DNA of 64,000 nucleotides from Candidatus Sericytochromatia bacterium (GCA_036676985.1 JAKFBU010000038.1:96001-160000); one strand, 5' to 3'; numbered from the stretch's first letter, positions 1 to 12,360 are shown. Notes: generated by a model not told the origin, from the letters alone. Numbers and translations: made by a program.

Positions 1-748
1 AGGGCTCGTCGTTTGGGCCCTGGTCGACCAAGATGCGGGTCGGCCAGCTGCGCGGCGTCAGCTGCACGTAGTGATCTCGGACCCAGGCCGTGTCTCCGGC
101 CAACAGGACGCGCCGCCCCGAGGGCAGGCGCACGAGGACGCCCATGTGGCCCGGCGTGTGGCCGTGCGTGTCCAGGAGCACCAGCGCGCCGTCCCCGGCG
201 AGATCCTGGGCGTGCCGAAAGATGCCGAACGGGCCGCTGCGCTCGAGATCTACCCACCGCAGTCTCGGCCGGACGCTCTCTACGAGGAACGGGGGGGCCG
301 ATCCGAGAAATGCCTCGCCCTCCGGGCGGCTCATGACCACCTCGGCCCGGGGAAAGTCCGCCACCCCGCCCACATGGTCCATGTGGGCATGCGTGACGAG
401 GATGCGGCGCACCCGATCCGGGTCGAGCCCCCAAGTCGCGAGCTGCTGGGGCAGGGTCTGCCGGGGCGGCCCCCAGGCGATGCGCGCAACAGCGTAGAAG
501 AGGTTGGCCGGAAAGCGCCCGCGGTACTCGCCGAAGCGCGACCCGTAGCCCGCGTCCACCAGGGTCAGGCCCGCCGGGTGCTCGAGGACAAAGACCAGGT
601 TGGGCAAGGAGACGCGCTGCTGCCATGAGCCCCCCGCGACCACCAAGGCCCACGGGGTGTCCACCGTGGGGCTGTCTCGAAAGGCGTAGAGCTTGCAGGG
701 CGCCTGCAGCTGGGTGCCGAGTGCCAGCGCAAGGAGGGTCGTGCCCAT
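1..748 (-). CDS. MBL-fold metallo-hydrolase (AHL-lactonase-like), 3' end runs off the window
   Basis: Manual translation from ATG at 748 (absent from the ORF track because no stop falls in the window): LVDAG, THAHMDHVGG (HxHxDH), GHTPGH and LLAGD motifs. Confidence 0.85.
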   Translation of the reverse strand, partial: MGTTLLALALGTQLQAPCKLYAFRDSPTVDTPWALVVAGGSWQQRVSLPNLVFVLEHPAGLTLVDAGYGSRFGEYRGRFPANLFYAVARIAWGPPRQTLPQQLATWGLDPDRVRRILVTHAHMDHVGGVADFPRAEVVMSRPEGEAFLGSAPPFLVESVRPRLRWVDLERSGPFGIFRHAQDLAGDGALVLLDTHGHTPGHMGVLVRLPSGRRVLLAGDTAWVRDHYVQLTPRSWPTRILVDQGPNDEP

Positions 749-846
749 CGTGTCCCGCCCCCTTTCGTGTCCTCCCGGTTGTACACTCTCGCTCGGCGGT
801 AGGGGAATCGGCGTCCCTCCCATAAACTTTGGGCAGGAGGGAGAGC

Positions 847-1845
847 ATGCCGGAGACGACGCCACCACCGCGCGACGCGATCATCGTGGGCGGGGGGCTC
901 GCGGGCCTTTCCGCGGCCATCTACCTGGGGCGGGCCATGCGCGACACGCTCGTCCTCGATGCGGGCCGCTCCATGGCCGGCTGGGAGCCCCACGTGGAGA
1001 ATTTTCTGGGCTTTCCCGAGGGCATCTCCGGCGAGTCCCTTTTGGAGCGCGGCCGGGTGCAGGCCGCGCGCTACGGGGTGGAGGTCGTGCGCGATGAGAT
1101 CCTGGCGGTCGAACGCGGCGCGGCGGGCTTCGTCCTGCGGTCGGAGGGCGCGACCTACCTTGCTAGGCGCCTGTTGCTCGCGACGGGCCTCTACCACATT
1201 CCGCCGGACATCCCCGGCGTCCCGGAGTGCCTGGGCCAGAGCCTGTTCTTCTGCAAGGACTGCGACGGGTACCGGGTCCAGGGCAAGCGGGTGGCCATCA
1301 TCGGCTGCAACGACGACACGGTGGAGTACGCCCTCGGCATGCTCGCCTACTCCCCGCGGGTGGTGATCGCGACCAACCGGCAGGCGGGTTTCTGGAGCCC
1401 GCGCCACGCCGCGTGGCTGGAAGAGTACGACGTGCCGGTCGTGCACGGCCGGATCCGGGCCCTCGAACACGAGGGCGGCCGGATCAGGGCCCTGCGGCTG
1501 GAGGACGGCCAGGCGCTCGCCGCCGAGACCGTCTTCTCGACCCGCGGCGACCTGTACTTCAACCGGCTAGCCAAAAGTCTCGGCGCCGAGGTCGATGCGG
1601 AGGGGCAGGTCGTGGTCGACGCCCGGCTGCAGACCACGGTGCCGGGCCTCTACGCGGCGGGTTGCCTGACGCCCGCCAACTGCCAGATGATCATCGCGGC
1701 GGGACAGGGGGCGATCGCCGCCCAGGCCATCAACCGGGACCTGTTCGAGGAGAGCCTGGAGACCCATGCCCTGCGGCGGTGCCGCGCGCTTCAGCTATCG
1801 ACCGAGCAGACAGAGCCTTTCTGGGTGGGAGAGGAGGAGGCATGA
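847..1845 (+). CDS. Thioredoxin reductase-like NAD(P)/FAD oxidoreductase
   Basis: GGGLAG FAD motif, LLLATG, CKDC redox motif, TTVPGLYAAG; GGAGGGAG RBS before ATG 847. Confidence 0.88.
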   Translation: MPETTPPPRDAIIVGGGLAGLSAAIYLGRAMRDTLVLDAGRSMAGWEPHVENFLGFPEGISGESLLERGRVQAARYGVEVVRDEILAVERGAAGFVLRSEGATYLARRLLLATGLYHIPPDIPGVPECLGQSLFFCKDCDGYRVQGKRVAIIGCNDDTVEYALGMLAYSPRVVIATNRQAGFWSPRHAAWLEEYDVPVVHGRIRALEHEGGRIRALRLEDGQALAAETVFSTRGDLYFNRLAKSLGAEVDAEGQVVVDARLQTTVPGLYAAGCLTPANCQMIIAAGQGAIAAQAINRDLFEESLETHALRRCRALQLSTEQTEPFWVGEEEA

Positions 1846-2501
1846 GCCTGCGCGTCGTCATCCTGGACGTGGACGGGACCCTCGTGGACAGCAACGCGGC
1901 GCATGCCGAGAGCTGGGCGGACGTGTTCCGGGCCTTCGGTTACGCCGTGACCTCGGACCAGGTCCGGCCGCTCATCGGCATGGGCGGCGACGAGCTGATT
2001 CCCCGGGCCGTGGGCGTCTCGAAGGAGAGCCCCCTCGGCAAGGCCATGAACGAGCGCCGCAAGCAGATCTTCCATGATCAGTACCTACCGCGCCTCAAGC
2101 CCGTGCCCGGCTCCAGGCCCCTGCTGGAGCGCATGCGCCAAGCGGGCCTGCGCCTGGTGGTCGCCACCAGTGCCGAGGCCGAGGAGCTCGTGCCGCTGCT
2201 CGAGGTGGCCCAGGTCTCGGACCTCATCGACGAGACCACCGATGCCCAGGCCGTCGCCCACTCCAAGCCGGCACCGGACCTGGTGGAGGCGGCGCTCAAG
2301 CAGGCGGGAGTCGCGCCCGACGAGGCGGTCTTCCTGGGCGACACGCCCTACGACCTCGCGGCCGCCCGTAAGGCCGGCGTACCCATGATCGGCGTGCGTT
2401 CGGGCGGATGGGACGAATCGGCCCTGAAGGGCGCGCTCGCCGTCTACGCCGATCCCCTCGACCTGCTGGAGCACTACGAGCTGTCGCCCCTGGCCAAATG
2501 A
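1842..2501 (+). CDS. HAD-family hydrolase/phosphatase
   Basis: ILDVDGTLVDS motif I, SKPAPD, GDTPYD; ATGA overlap with upstream gene. Confidence 0.92.
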   Translation: MSLRVVILDVDGTLVDSNAAHAESWADVFRAFGYAVTSDQVRPLIGMGGDELIPRAVGVSKESPLGKAMNERRKQIFHDQYLPRLKPVPGSRPLLERMRQAGLRLVVATSAEAEELVPLLEVAQVSDLIDETTDAQAVAHSKPAPDLVEAALKQAGVAPDEAVFLGDTPYDLAAARKAGVPMIGVRSGGWDESALKGALAVYADPLDLLEHYELSPLAK

Positions 2502-2644
2502 CGGGCCTATCGCTTGTGCAACTTGCCCAAAGCGCGGGGCTGTGGCAGCGGCTAGCATGAGCGTGAGTATCGACGCCGCGCCGCTGCCTGTCGGGAGCTG
2601 CCAAGGGCGTCGGCATCGTTTCATGGCGCGGTGAGGAGGTGGCG

Positions 2645-3463
2645 ATGGGCATGGCACGGCTCCTGCTGGCGGCTGGCATCGCGGTGCTGTGGGCCTGCTC
2701 GCGCCCCGTCAACCCCGTCGATCCGGCGGGGGCCGCCGCCAAGACCAAGGCCAAGGCGGGGGGCCAGGCCCGCTACGTGGCCGACTGGGGCCGCATGCCC
2801 AGCGGCCTGCCTCCGGCCGACTGGATCGACGTCGTCGAGGACGGCCACAGCTACCCCTGGCTCTACGACGGGGGCTGGCAGGTCCGGCGCGTGGGCAATT
2901 CAGCGAGCCTGGTGGTCCCGCTCGCCAATGTCCGCATGGCCGAGCCCCTCTCGTTTCGCCGCTACGACGGGGACGCCTTCGGCGCGGAAGGCAGCTTGCC
3001 CGAGCGCTACCGGGTGGTGCTCGAGGGGCGCAGCATGGGCGGCGCCCAGCGCTTCAACGGGTACGGCGAGCTCGCAAGCCAGGTCTTTTACCTGACGCCC
3101 AAGAGCTACGTGGAGGTCCTCCAGACCGACACGGACTTCTTCATCTGGCAGGCGGACAACGCGGCGCCCATGCAGGGATCGGGCTGGAAGCAGCTCGCCA
3201 AGGTTCCGAACGCCGTCAAGATCGGGGACTGGGTGCGCTTCGGCGCCGAGGTCGACACCGTGGCCGGGACCGTCGTGGCCCTATTGAACGACCGGCCCGT
3301 GGCCACCGCGAGCCCGAGCCTCATGGCCTTGGGCTACAAGCCCCGGCTCACGCTGCGCGCCACCGGAAACCGCGAGGAGTGGCGAGTGGTCGAGATCCAC
3401 GAGCTGCCCCCCGGCCCGGCGTCTATTCCAGGGGCAGCAGCTTCCACGTCGGCTGCACCGTAA
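2645..3463 (+). CDS. Hypothetical lipoprotein, beta-rich (possibly ConA/LamG-like)
   Basis: GAGGAGG RBS, hydrophobic N-terminus with lipobox LWAC, GC3-biased codons; fold is a guess. Confidence 0.65.
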   Translation: MGMARLLLAAGIAVLWACSRPVNPVDPAGAAAKTKAKAGGQARYVADWGRMPSGLPPADWIDVVEDGHSYPWLYDGGWQVRRVGNSASLVVPLANVRMAEPLSFRRYDGDAFGAEGSLPERYRVVLEGRSMGGAQRFNGYGELASQVFYLTPKSYVEVLQTDTDFFIWQADNAAPMQGSGWKQLAKVPNAVKIGDWVRFGAEVDTVAGTVVALLNDRPVATASPSLMALGYKPRLTLRATGNREEWRVVEIHELPPGPASIPGAAASTSAAP

Positions 3464-3923
3464 CCCTCGCAATCCGCGGATCCGGCGGCCAGATGAGCCC
3501 GTAGTGCCCCTGCTTGCCGGGTAGGAGGGCCTGGGGGCCAACCACGGCCGCGCGGGTGTCGAGGAGGAGGCCCGCGGCGTCGTAGAAGCGCACGACGACC
3601 GCCACGTCCCGGGCGGGGGCCTGACCCACGTTGGCGAGCTGCCCATCCAGGCGCCACCAGCCGGCGATGTCGGCCTCCAAGGAGCGGGATAGCAGCACGA
3701 TCAGGGGGATCTCGGGGGCCAGCTCCGGATCGGAGGCCATCCCGGGCAGGGGCACCAGCTCGGGCGGCGCAGCGCTCGGGACGGGGCTCGGCGAGCTGAG
3801 GGCCGTGGGCGCTGGAGGCGTGGCGGCCGGGCCACCGGCACAAGAGGCCATGAGGCCGATGCTCAGGACCAGGGCCAGGGACGCCAGGGCGCCCGACGAG
3901 ACGGACACCGTGAGCCGCCGCAT
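3423..3923 (-). CDS. FxLYD-domain lipoprotein
   Basis: Lipobox MASC, Pro-rich linker, GQLANVG...VVVRFYDAAG typical of FxLYD domains; start uncertain (3923 or 3977). Confidence 0.7.
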   Translation of the reverse strand: MRRLTVSVSSGALASLALVLSIGLMASCAGGPAATPPAPTALSSPSPVPSAAPPELVPLPGMASDPELAPEIPLIVLLSRSLEADIAGWWRLDGQLANVGQAPARDVAVVVRFYDAAGLLLDTRAAVVGPQALLPGKQGHYGLIWPPDPRIARVTVQPTWKLLPLE

Positions 3924-4041
3924 GGCGGTCGAGGGGATCCCCTCTTTGGTCGCTTCATCCGTCGTCTGGCCGCCCATGCGACCAGCCTAGCCTTCCCAAC
4001 GGCCGCTTGCCTCGGCCGAATCGGCCAAGGTTCATGGGTGC

Positions 4042-4626
4042 CTACTCGGCCAGGGAGCCTCGCTGGATGGGGAGCGATCGCCCGCTCTGGAGGTACGCCC
4101 ATGCGCGGGCGAGCCCGATGACGGCCAGGCTGTCGGTGATCTCCCCGGCCATGGCCATGCGGTAGGCCTCCGCGAGCGGGAGCCGCCGGACCTCCAGGCG
4201 CTCGGTGCCTTCGGGCCGGCTCTCTCCGAAGCTCAGCCCCTCGGCCAGGTAGACGGCCCCGACCTCGTTGGTCACGGAGTTGGATGTGTGCAGGTCGCCC
4301 AGGTAGGTCCAGCGCGCGGCCGTCAGTCCCGTCTCCTCTGCGAGTTCGCGCTTGGCCGACTCGAGCGGGGACTCGCCCAGCGGCCCGCCGCCCTCGGGGA
4401 TCTCCCAGGAGTAGGCGTGCAGCGGGTAGCGGTACTGCCCCACCAGGAAGGTATCGAGCTCGGCTGTGACCGGGACGACCCCGATGGCGCGGTTCTTGAA
4501 CTCGACCACCCCGTACACCCCCGGCTGGCCGTCGGGGCGCAGGACCCGGTCCTCCCGGACGCGGATCCAGGCATTCTCGTACTGGGGCACGCTCTCGAGC
4601 GTACGCCACGGGTTCTCGTGGTTCAC
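4042..4626 (-). CDS. NUDIX hydrolase (ADP-ribose pyrophosphatase-like)
   Basis: QYRYP...WEIPEGG...ESAKRELAEETG Nudix box. Confidence 0.92.
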   Translation of the reverse strand: MNHENPWRTLESVPQYENAWIRVREDRVLRPDGQPGVYGVVEFKNRAIGVVPVTAELDTFLVGQYRYPLHAYSWEIPEGGGPLGESPLESAKRELAEETGLTAARWTYLGDLHTSNSVTNEVGAVYLAEGLSFGESRPEGTERLEVRRLPLAEAYRMAMAGEITDSLAVIGLARAWAYLQSGRSLPIQRGSLAE

Positions 4627-4743
4627 GGGGCTCCTCGGGGTCGTCCTGGGCCCTTGGCGGGGCGAGTGGGCCGGACCATGTTACACCGAACGGCGCCCAA
4701 CGGCCGCGCGAGGCGGTACAATGGGGATGGAAAGGGACTCAGC

Positions 4744-5427
4744 ATGCGATTGGTACTGTTCGACATCGACGGCACGCTCATTCGGACCAAGGGTTCAGGT
4801 CGAAAGGCCCTAGGGCAGGCCTTGCAAGAGGTCTACGGGGCGACCGGTCCGGTCGCGACCTGGGACTTCGGCGGCAAGACCGACCCCTTGCTTTGCTACG
4901 AGCTCTTGGGGGCTGCGGGCCTCTCGCGGGAGGCCATCGACGCCCGGATGGACGCCGCCCTCGAGCGCTATCTTCATTACTTGCGGGGCCTGCTCACCCC
5001 CGAGACCTGTCGCGTGATGCCGGGCGTCGAGCCCCTGCTCGAGGCCCTCGCCCGAGACGAGCGCGTGACCCTCGGCCTGCTCACGGGCAACGTGCAGGAG
5101 GGGGCGCAGGCCAAGCTCGCGGTCCATGGGCTCGATCGCTACTTCGATTTCGGGGCCTACGGCTGCGACTCCGGAGTGCGCAGCGAGTTGCCGGCAGTGG
5201 CGGTACGCCGGGCCCTGGAGCGGACCGGCCGCGAGCACCGGGGCAAGGAGGTCGTGATCATCGGGGACACGCCCGCGGACGTCGCCTGCGGCCGCCACCT
5301 CGACGTCCGCTCGATCGCGGTCGCGACCGGGACCTACTCGCTCGACGCCCTCCTGGCCCACGAGCCGGATGCCGCCTTCGAGACGCTCGAGCCGTTCGAG
5401 CGCGTCTGGTCGGCCATCTTCGACTAG
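4744..5427 (+). CDS. HAD-family hydrolase
   Basis: LFDIDGTL, GKTD, LLTGN, IIGDTPADV motifs. Confidence 0.92.
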   Translation: MRLVLFDIDGTLIRTKGSGRKALGQALQEVYGATGPVATWDFGGKTDPLLCYELLGAAGLSREAIDARMDAALERYLHYLRGLLTPETCRVMPGVEPLLEALARDERVTLGLLTGNVQEGAQAKLAVHGLDRYFDFGAYGCDSGVRSELPAVAVRRALERTGREHRGKEVVIIGDTPADVACGRHLDVRSIAVATGTYSLDALLAHEPDAAFETLEPFERVWSAIFD

Positions 5428-5493
5428 CCCGCGCCGGGGCTCCCCAGATCGGGCCTCCCATGGAAGAATGGACGTCACCGTTCAGGAGGACCT

Positions 5494-6267
5494 TTGACCC
5501 GCACGCACCATCCCACCGGCCGCCTGCACCAGACGAAGCCCTTCCACATCAAGGGCATCGAGGGGACGCGCCGGCTGACCATCTACCTGCCGCCCGGCTA
5601 CGACCAGTCCAAGGATCGTTACCCGGTCGCGTACATGTTCGACGGCCAGAACCTCTTCGGCGACGAAGGGTCCTACTCCGGCGGCTGGCACATGCACAAG
5701 GCGCTCGACGCCCGGGCGGCCAAGGGCCTGACGGTTCCCATCGTGGTGGGCATCCATCATGGGGGCGTCTCGCGGGCCGAGGAGCTCGCGCCCTGGCCCG
5801 TGGCCGAGGGTCAGCGGGCCCTCGGGGATCTGTTGCTCGACTGGGTCGTGGGGCCGCTCGCGCAGATGGTGCGCGAGGACCTGCGCGTCCTCGAGGGGCC
5901 GGAGCACACGCTGATCGGGGGCTCGTCCCTGGGCGGGCTCATGTCCCTCTACGGCTTCTTTCGGCACAACGACTTCTTCGGCAAGGCCCTGTGCATGTCT
6001 CCGTCCCTCTGGGTGAAGGAGGGGGAGATCTTCTATTACGTCTCGAAGGCCGCATGCGGGGGCTTCCCGCGCATCTACCTGGACTGCGGGGCGCGCGAGG
6101 CCCAGGGCATCGTCATCGAGCACGCCAAGTGGATGGCGGACCTCTTGGAGCGCAAGGGCTTCATCCGCAACGTCCACTTCCTGTGGCGCCCGGATTCCCG
6201 GGGCTCGCACAACGAGCGCAACTGGCGCCGCCGCCTGCCCCGGGCGCTGAAGTACCTGTACGTGTAA
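5494..6267 (+). CDS. Alpha/beta-hydrolase esterase (Fes/IroE-like)
   Basis: IYLPPGY, YMFDGQNLF, GSSLGG nucleophile elbow, HNE..W; AGGAGG RBS before TTG. Confidence 0.88.
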   Translation: MTRTHHPTGRLHQTKPFHIKGIEGTRRLTIYLPPGYDQSKDRYPVAYMFDGQNLFGDEGSYSGGWHMHKALDARAAKGLTVPIVVGIHHGGVSRAEELAPWPVAEGQRALGDLLLDWVVGPLAQMVREDLRVLEGPEHTLIGGSSLGGLMSLYGFFRHNDFFGKALCMSPSLWVKEGEIFYYVSKAACGGFPRIYLDCGAREAQGIVIEHAKWMADLLERKGFIRNVHFLWRPDSRGSHNERNWRRRLPRALKYLYV

Positions 6268-6429
6268 GCCGCTCCGCGCTTGATCACTTCGATCGGGCGT
6301 TTCCGTCACCCTGACCCCGGGGCTCACTAGCCAAGATCGCCAACGGATGGCGCCAAACTCGGCGGCGGGTGCGATGCGTGCTGTCCCGCCTTGCGGTGCA
6401 ATCGATGCATGCAGAGGGGAGGCGAGGCC

Positions 6430-6606
6430 ATGAGACGAATGATCGGCTTGCTGCTGGTGCTGCTCGCCGGCTGCGGTCCGGCGCCCTCGGGCGGCGGGGG
6501 CGGGCCGGAGCCCAGCCCTACGCCGACGTACTACCCGCCGCCGGGTGGCGCGGGGACCCTGCCGGGTCCGACCCCGGGACCGTCGCCGTCGCCCGTGACG
6601 CGCTAG
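6430..6606 (+). CDS. Small Pro/Gly-rich lipoprotein (58 aa)
   Basis: GGAGG/GAGG RBS, MRRMIGLLLVLLAGC canonical lipobox, then a low-complexity P/G/T tail. Confidence 0.6.
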   Translation: MRRMIGLLLVLLAGCGPAPSGGGGGPEPSPTPTYYPPPGGAGTLPGPTPGPSPSPVTR

Positions 6607-6620
6607 CCTACGGGGCCGAA

Positions 6621-6710
6621 TAGGGGTGTGACCCAGTGGGACAGGCCTCCGCGCCTGTCTCTGGAGGGCTCACCTGGACCAAGTCCTAGAGGCTGTCCGC
6701 ACACCCTTTA
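6621..6710. repeat. Degenerate inverted-repeat element between convergent genes
   Basis: GGGTGTG..GGACAGGCCTC (6624-6649) pairs with GAGGCTGTCCGCACACCC (6689-6706); inner hairpin GACAGGC/GCCTGTC. Confidence 0.4.
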
Positions 6711-8648
6711 GGGCTGGACGAGCGCGTCCGTGAGCACCCGGCCCGTCGCCTGTGCCGGCATGGGGATGCCGAGCAGGCGACAGAGCGTGGGGGCCACGTC
6801 GATGCTGCGCGCCGGCGGCAGGACGAGGCCCTTCTTCACGCCCGGGCCCTCCAGGTAGAAGACCGCATGCATGGTCGCTCGGCTCGGGTTGAAGATGTGC
6901 CCGCCGCTCGCGAACGGATGGCGCGCCTTGAAGAGCTCGTTGCCCTCGGCCGCGGCGTTGAAGTAAAGCCCCGACTGCAGGTCGAGGTAGAGGTCGCCGC
7001 CCGCCGGACCGCCGATGCCGAGCTTGGGGTCCGCCTGCTTGGCGTGGAAGACGCTCGTGACCACCCGCGCCTGGGTCTTGGGATCGCGCACGGCCCGCAG
7101 GGCCTGCACGACCTGCTCGGTGACGCGGGCCACCTGATGGGGTGGCACGATGCCGCCCTTGTGGTCCGTCGCGTTGATGACGACGTAGGCGCCGTCGTTG
7201 GGGGAATAGAAAGCCTTGGTGCGCGAGAGGTCGATCTTGCCCTTGTCGTCGACGGCCAGGAGCCCCGCCCGGCGCAGCACGACGTTCGGGAAGAAGTCGC
7301 GGGCCACGCCCTCCATGCCATGGTCGCTCGCGATCGCGACCACCGCCCGATCGCCCGCGACCCGCTGCGCCTCGCCGATGAACTCGTCGACGATCCCGGC
7401 CACGGCCTCGAGATAGGGCCAGAGCTTGGGGCCGATGTCCGCCCGGTAGGCCTGGCTACGGTCGTCCACCAGTCCGTACCAGAGGTGCTCGACGCCGTCC
7501 GGGTACGGCAGGTAGTAGACGATGAGGTCCCACGGGTAGGCCTTGGCCGCATGACGCAGCTTCTCGGTGCGGCTCGCCATCGCAAGCCGCACGGTCTCGA
7601 CGAGCCGGTCTTCCGCCTGGCCTTCTCCGCCCTGCAAGAGCGTCGGGCCGAGCTTGCCCCGGGCGTACTGGTCCTCGGCGCCCTTGATGACCAGGCCGCC
7701 GGTGCGCGCGATGTAGTCGCCCACCAGGTCGGGGCGGTTGGAGAGCTCCGGGGCGATCGCCGTCCGGTAGAGCCGCAGGGAGCTCAAGTCCGGCGCCAGG
7801 TCGAAGAGGCGGAACACCACGCTGCTGGTGGCGCCCTTGATGGTCACGGGCACCGGAAAGCTGAACTTGTCGATCTTGCCGGGCTCGCAGGGACCGGCCT
7901 TGAGGACCACCGCCCCGGAGATCGACTCCTTGCGGGGCCGGATCTCGAGCGTGTCGTAGCCCGCCACCGGATCGGCCGGGTCGTCGTAGAACACGCCCTT
8001 GAAGGCGCTGTCGCCCGCCTTGAGATCCACCTCCTGGGGGACCTCCCGGCCCATGGGCAAGGAGGCCCAGCCCGCGGCCGGCCGGAGCGAGGCCGTCGAG
8101 TCCAGGACCCAGTCGTGCTCCAAGAGGCCGCTGTAGCTGTCGAAGAGGGTCATCTTGCCGGCGCTGGCTCCCCCGAAGCGACCGGTGGGACCGTACTCGC
8201 TCAAGGGCGAAAGCTGGGTGCCCTGCAGGACGAGGGCTTGCTTTCCCGCGCGCGCCACCGTCGCCCAGATGGGCTCCGCCCTCAAAGCCGCGCTGTCGAA
8301 GCCCGACCGGCTCTCCAGGAGCGTGTGCTCGCTCGCGGGCAGCATGGGCACGGCGTTCGCGGTGACGCCGTTGACGTTGCCGTAGGCGCCCGTCCAGATG
8401 GAGGCATGCCCGGCGGCCGTCTTGCTCGGGAAGTTGGTGAGCGCGTAGTCCGCCTGGACGCCGTTCTTGCGCATGGCCGCCAGGTTGGGCATCAGTCCCG
8501 AGACGACCATCCGCTCGAGGAAGCGCTCTCCTCCCCCGTCCAGGGAGATGAGGATGGCCTTGGGAGCGTCGGCCGCGATCGTCGGCGGGGCCGGAACGGC
8601 GACCACCGAGAGGCAGCAGAGGGTGCAAAGGGCAGCAAGACGGCGCAT
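6708..8648 (-). CDS. Secreted alkaline-phosphatase-superfamily nucleotide pyrophosphatase/phosphodiesterase
   Basis: Signal peptide, ILISLDG, PSKTAAGHASIWTG, DGVEH, IASDHG, GGH, IDVAPT motifs. Confidence 0.88.
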   Translation of the reverse strand: MRRLAALCTLCCLSVVAVPAPPTIAADAPKAILISLDGGGERFLERMVVSGLMPNLAAMRKNGVQADYALTNFPSKTAAGHASIWTGAYGNVNGVTANAVPMLPASEHTLLESRSGFDSAALRAEPIWATVARAGKQALVLQGTQLSPLSEYGPTGRFGGASAGKMTLFDSYSGLLEHDWVLDSTASLRPAAGWASLPMGREVPQEVDLKAGDSAFKGVFYDDPADPVAGYDTLEIRPRKESISGAVVLKAGPCEPGKIDKFSFPVPVTIKGATSSVVFRLFDLAPDLSSLRLYRTAIAPELSNRPDLVGDYIARTGGLVIKGAEDQYARGKLGPTLLQGGEGQAEDRLVETVRLAMASRTEKLRHAAKAYPWDLIVYYLPYPDGVEHLWYGLVDDRSQAYRADIGPKLWPYLEAVAGIVDEFIGEAQRVAGDRAVVAIASDHGMEGVARDFFPNVVLRRAGLLAVDDKGKIDLSRTKAFYSPNDGAYVVINATDHKGGIVPPHQVARVTEQVVQALRAVRDPKTQARVVTSVFHAKQADPKLGIGGPAGGDLYLDLQSGLYFNAAAEGNELFKARHPFASGGHIFNPSRATMHAVFYLEGPGVKKGLVLPPARSIDVAPTLCRLLGIPMPAQATGRVLTDALVQP

Positions 8649-8795
8649 GAAATCCTCCAGGGATGGACGCAAGCGATTCTATCACCTTATTTGGCGCCCG
8701 GGGAGCATTCCGGATGTCGGCCCGGGGATGACCTATGCAAAGGGTGCCGGTCCCTGTAAAGTCATGGCCTGCTTCGTTTCGTGTGGGGAGGTGGC

Positions 8796-9191
8796 ATGCG
8801 GTCCATAGAGGTCGTCGGAGCGGTCATCCGGCGCGGAGACGAGGTGCTCATCGCGCAGCGGCCTCCGGGCAAGCACGAGGCGCTCCTCTGGGAGTTCCCC
8901 GGCGGCAAGGTCGAGCCGGGAGAATCCCCCGAGGCCTGCCTCGCGCGCGAGATCCGCGAGGAGCTCGGCGTGCCCATCCGGGTCGGAGCGCGGCTCGGCG
9001 ACGTCACCCACGACTACGGGGAGCGGCGCATCCATCTCACCTGTTACTGGGCCGAGCTGGTCGCGGGCGAGCCGCGGCCGCTGGAATGCCACGCGGTGCG
9101 CTGGGTCCGGCGCGATCAGCTGGACGACTTCCGCTACGCGCCCGCGGACGTGCCCCTGGTGGAGCGGTTGAAGGCGGAATGGGGCGCTTGA
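8796..9191 (+). CDS. MutT/NudG-like (d)NTP pyrophosphohydrolase
   Basis: [27 protein letters not shown] Nudix box; GGAGG RBS. Confidence 0.93.
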   Translation: MRSIEVVGAVIRRGDEVLIAQRPPGKHEALLWEFPGGKVEPGESPEACLAREIREELGVPIRVGARLGDVTHDYGERRIHLTCYWAELVAGEPRPLECHAVRWVRRDQLDDFRYAPADVPLVERLKAEWGA

Positions 9192-9282
9192 CGAATCGTC
9201 ATTAAAAGTCTGGCAACCACCAGTCGGGTGGTATGATGAGGCACCATCGTGCGCCGACGCACCTAGTCCAAGGGAGGATGCC

Positions 9283-11235
<1,953 letters not shown>

Positions 11236-11245
11236 CCCCAAGGCA

Positions 11246-11278
11246 AGAGGCGCGGCCGGAACATCCGGCCGCGCCTCT
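11246..11278. terminator. Bidirectional hairpin terminator between acs and transaldolase
   Basis: AGAGGCGCGGCCGGA-ACA-TCCGGCCGCGCCTCT, 15-bp perfect stem. Confidence 0.8.
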
Positions 11279-11298
11279 GTTGTGGTGGCGATCGCGGG

Positions 11299-11952
11299 TT
11301 ACGCGACGGGCTGCTTGGTCTTCTCCCAGTCCTTGAGGAACTTCTCGATGCCCACGTCCGTCAGGGGGTGGTGGTACATCTGCTTGAGGATCTTGTAGGG
11401 CATGGTGACGACGTCGGCGCCGAGCTTGGCGGCCGCCGAGACGTGGATCGGGTGGCGCACCGAGGCGACCAGGATCTGGGTCTCGAAGTCGTAGTTCGAG
11501 AAGATCTCCACGATCTCCGCGATCAGCGTCATGCCGTCCTGGCCCTCGTCATCGAGCCGGCCCACGAACGGGGAGATGTAGGTCGCGCCGGCGCGAGCGG
11601 CCAGGAGCGCCTGGTTGGCCGAGAAGACCAGCGTCACGTTGGTCTTGATGCCCTCGGCGGAGAAGACCTTGGCGGCCTTGAGGCCCTCGATGGTCATGGG
11701 GAGCTTGATGATGATGTTCGGGTGCCACTTGGCGAACTCGCGGCCCTCGCGGAGCATGCCCTCGGCATCGAGGCTGATGACCTCGGCGCTGATCGGGCCG
11801 TCGACGATGGAGCAGATCTCGTTGATGACCTGCTTGAAGTCGCGGCCTTCCTTGGCGATGAGGCTGGGGTTGGTGGTCACGCCATCGATCTGGCCCCAGC
11901 TGGCGGCCTCGCGGATCTCGTCGAGGTTGGCGGTATCGAGAAAGAACTTCAT
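11299..11952 (-). CDS. tal: Transaldolase / fructose-6-phosphate aldolase family (TalC type)
   Basis: [34 protein letters not shown]; 217 aa. Confidence 0.93.
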   Translation of the reverse strand: MKFFLDTANLDEIREAASWGQIDGVTTNPSLIAKEGRDFKQVINEICSIVDGPISAEVISLDAEGMLREGREFAKWHPNIIIKLPMTIEGLKAAKVFSAEGIKTNVTLVFSANQALLAARAGATYISPFVGRLDDEGQDGMTLIAEIVEIFSNYDFETQILVASVRHPIHVSAAAKLGADVVTMPYKILKQMYHHPLTDVGIEKFLKDWEKTKQPVA

Positions 11953-12077
11953 TGGTCCTCCTAAGGTGAAGGGGTGAAGGGATAGGTGCTATGAGCATTG
12001 TACCGGATCGATCGGCCGTTTGCGCGCCCGGGACCAAACTTCATGCGCTACCATGGGGGGTGAGGGAAGGAGGAGCG

Positions 12078-12302
12078 ATGAACCTCGAAGCCATGGGAAG
12101 GCTGATCCTGCTGGTGGGCGCGGTCCTGGTGGTCGCGGGCGGGGCCTTCATGCTGTTCGGGAAGCTGGGGCTCGGCAAGCTGCCGGGCGACCTCACCTTC
12201 GGCGGCGAGCACTGGAAGGTGTACGTGCCGTTCGCCTCGTCCATCCTCCTGAGCCTCTTGCTGACGCTCATCCTCAACGTGATCGCGCGCTGGTTCCGGT
12301 AA
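12078..12302 (+). CDS. DUF2905-type small membrane protein
   Basis: LGKLPGD...YVPFASSILLSLLLT signature; AAGGAG RBS. Confidence 0.85.
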   Translation: MNLEAMGRLILLVGAVLVVAGGAFMLFGKLGLGKLPGDLTFGGEHWKVYVPFASSILLSLLLTLILNVIARWFR

Positions 12303-12314
12303 CGGCAAAACGCC

Positions 12315-12348
12315 CGCGGGCCCGGTGGTCGAAACCACCGGGCCCGCG
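12315..12348. terminator. Bidirectional hairpin terminator
   Basis: CGCGGGCCCGGTGGT-CGAA-ACCACCGGGCCCGCG between convergent genes. Confidence 0.8.
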
Positions 12349-12360
12349 TCGGTTGAAAGC

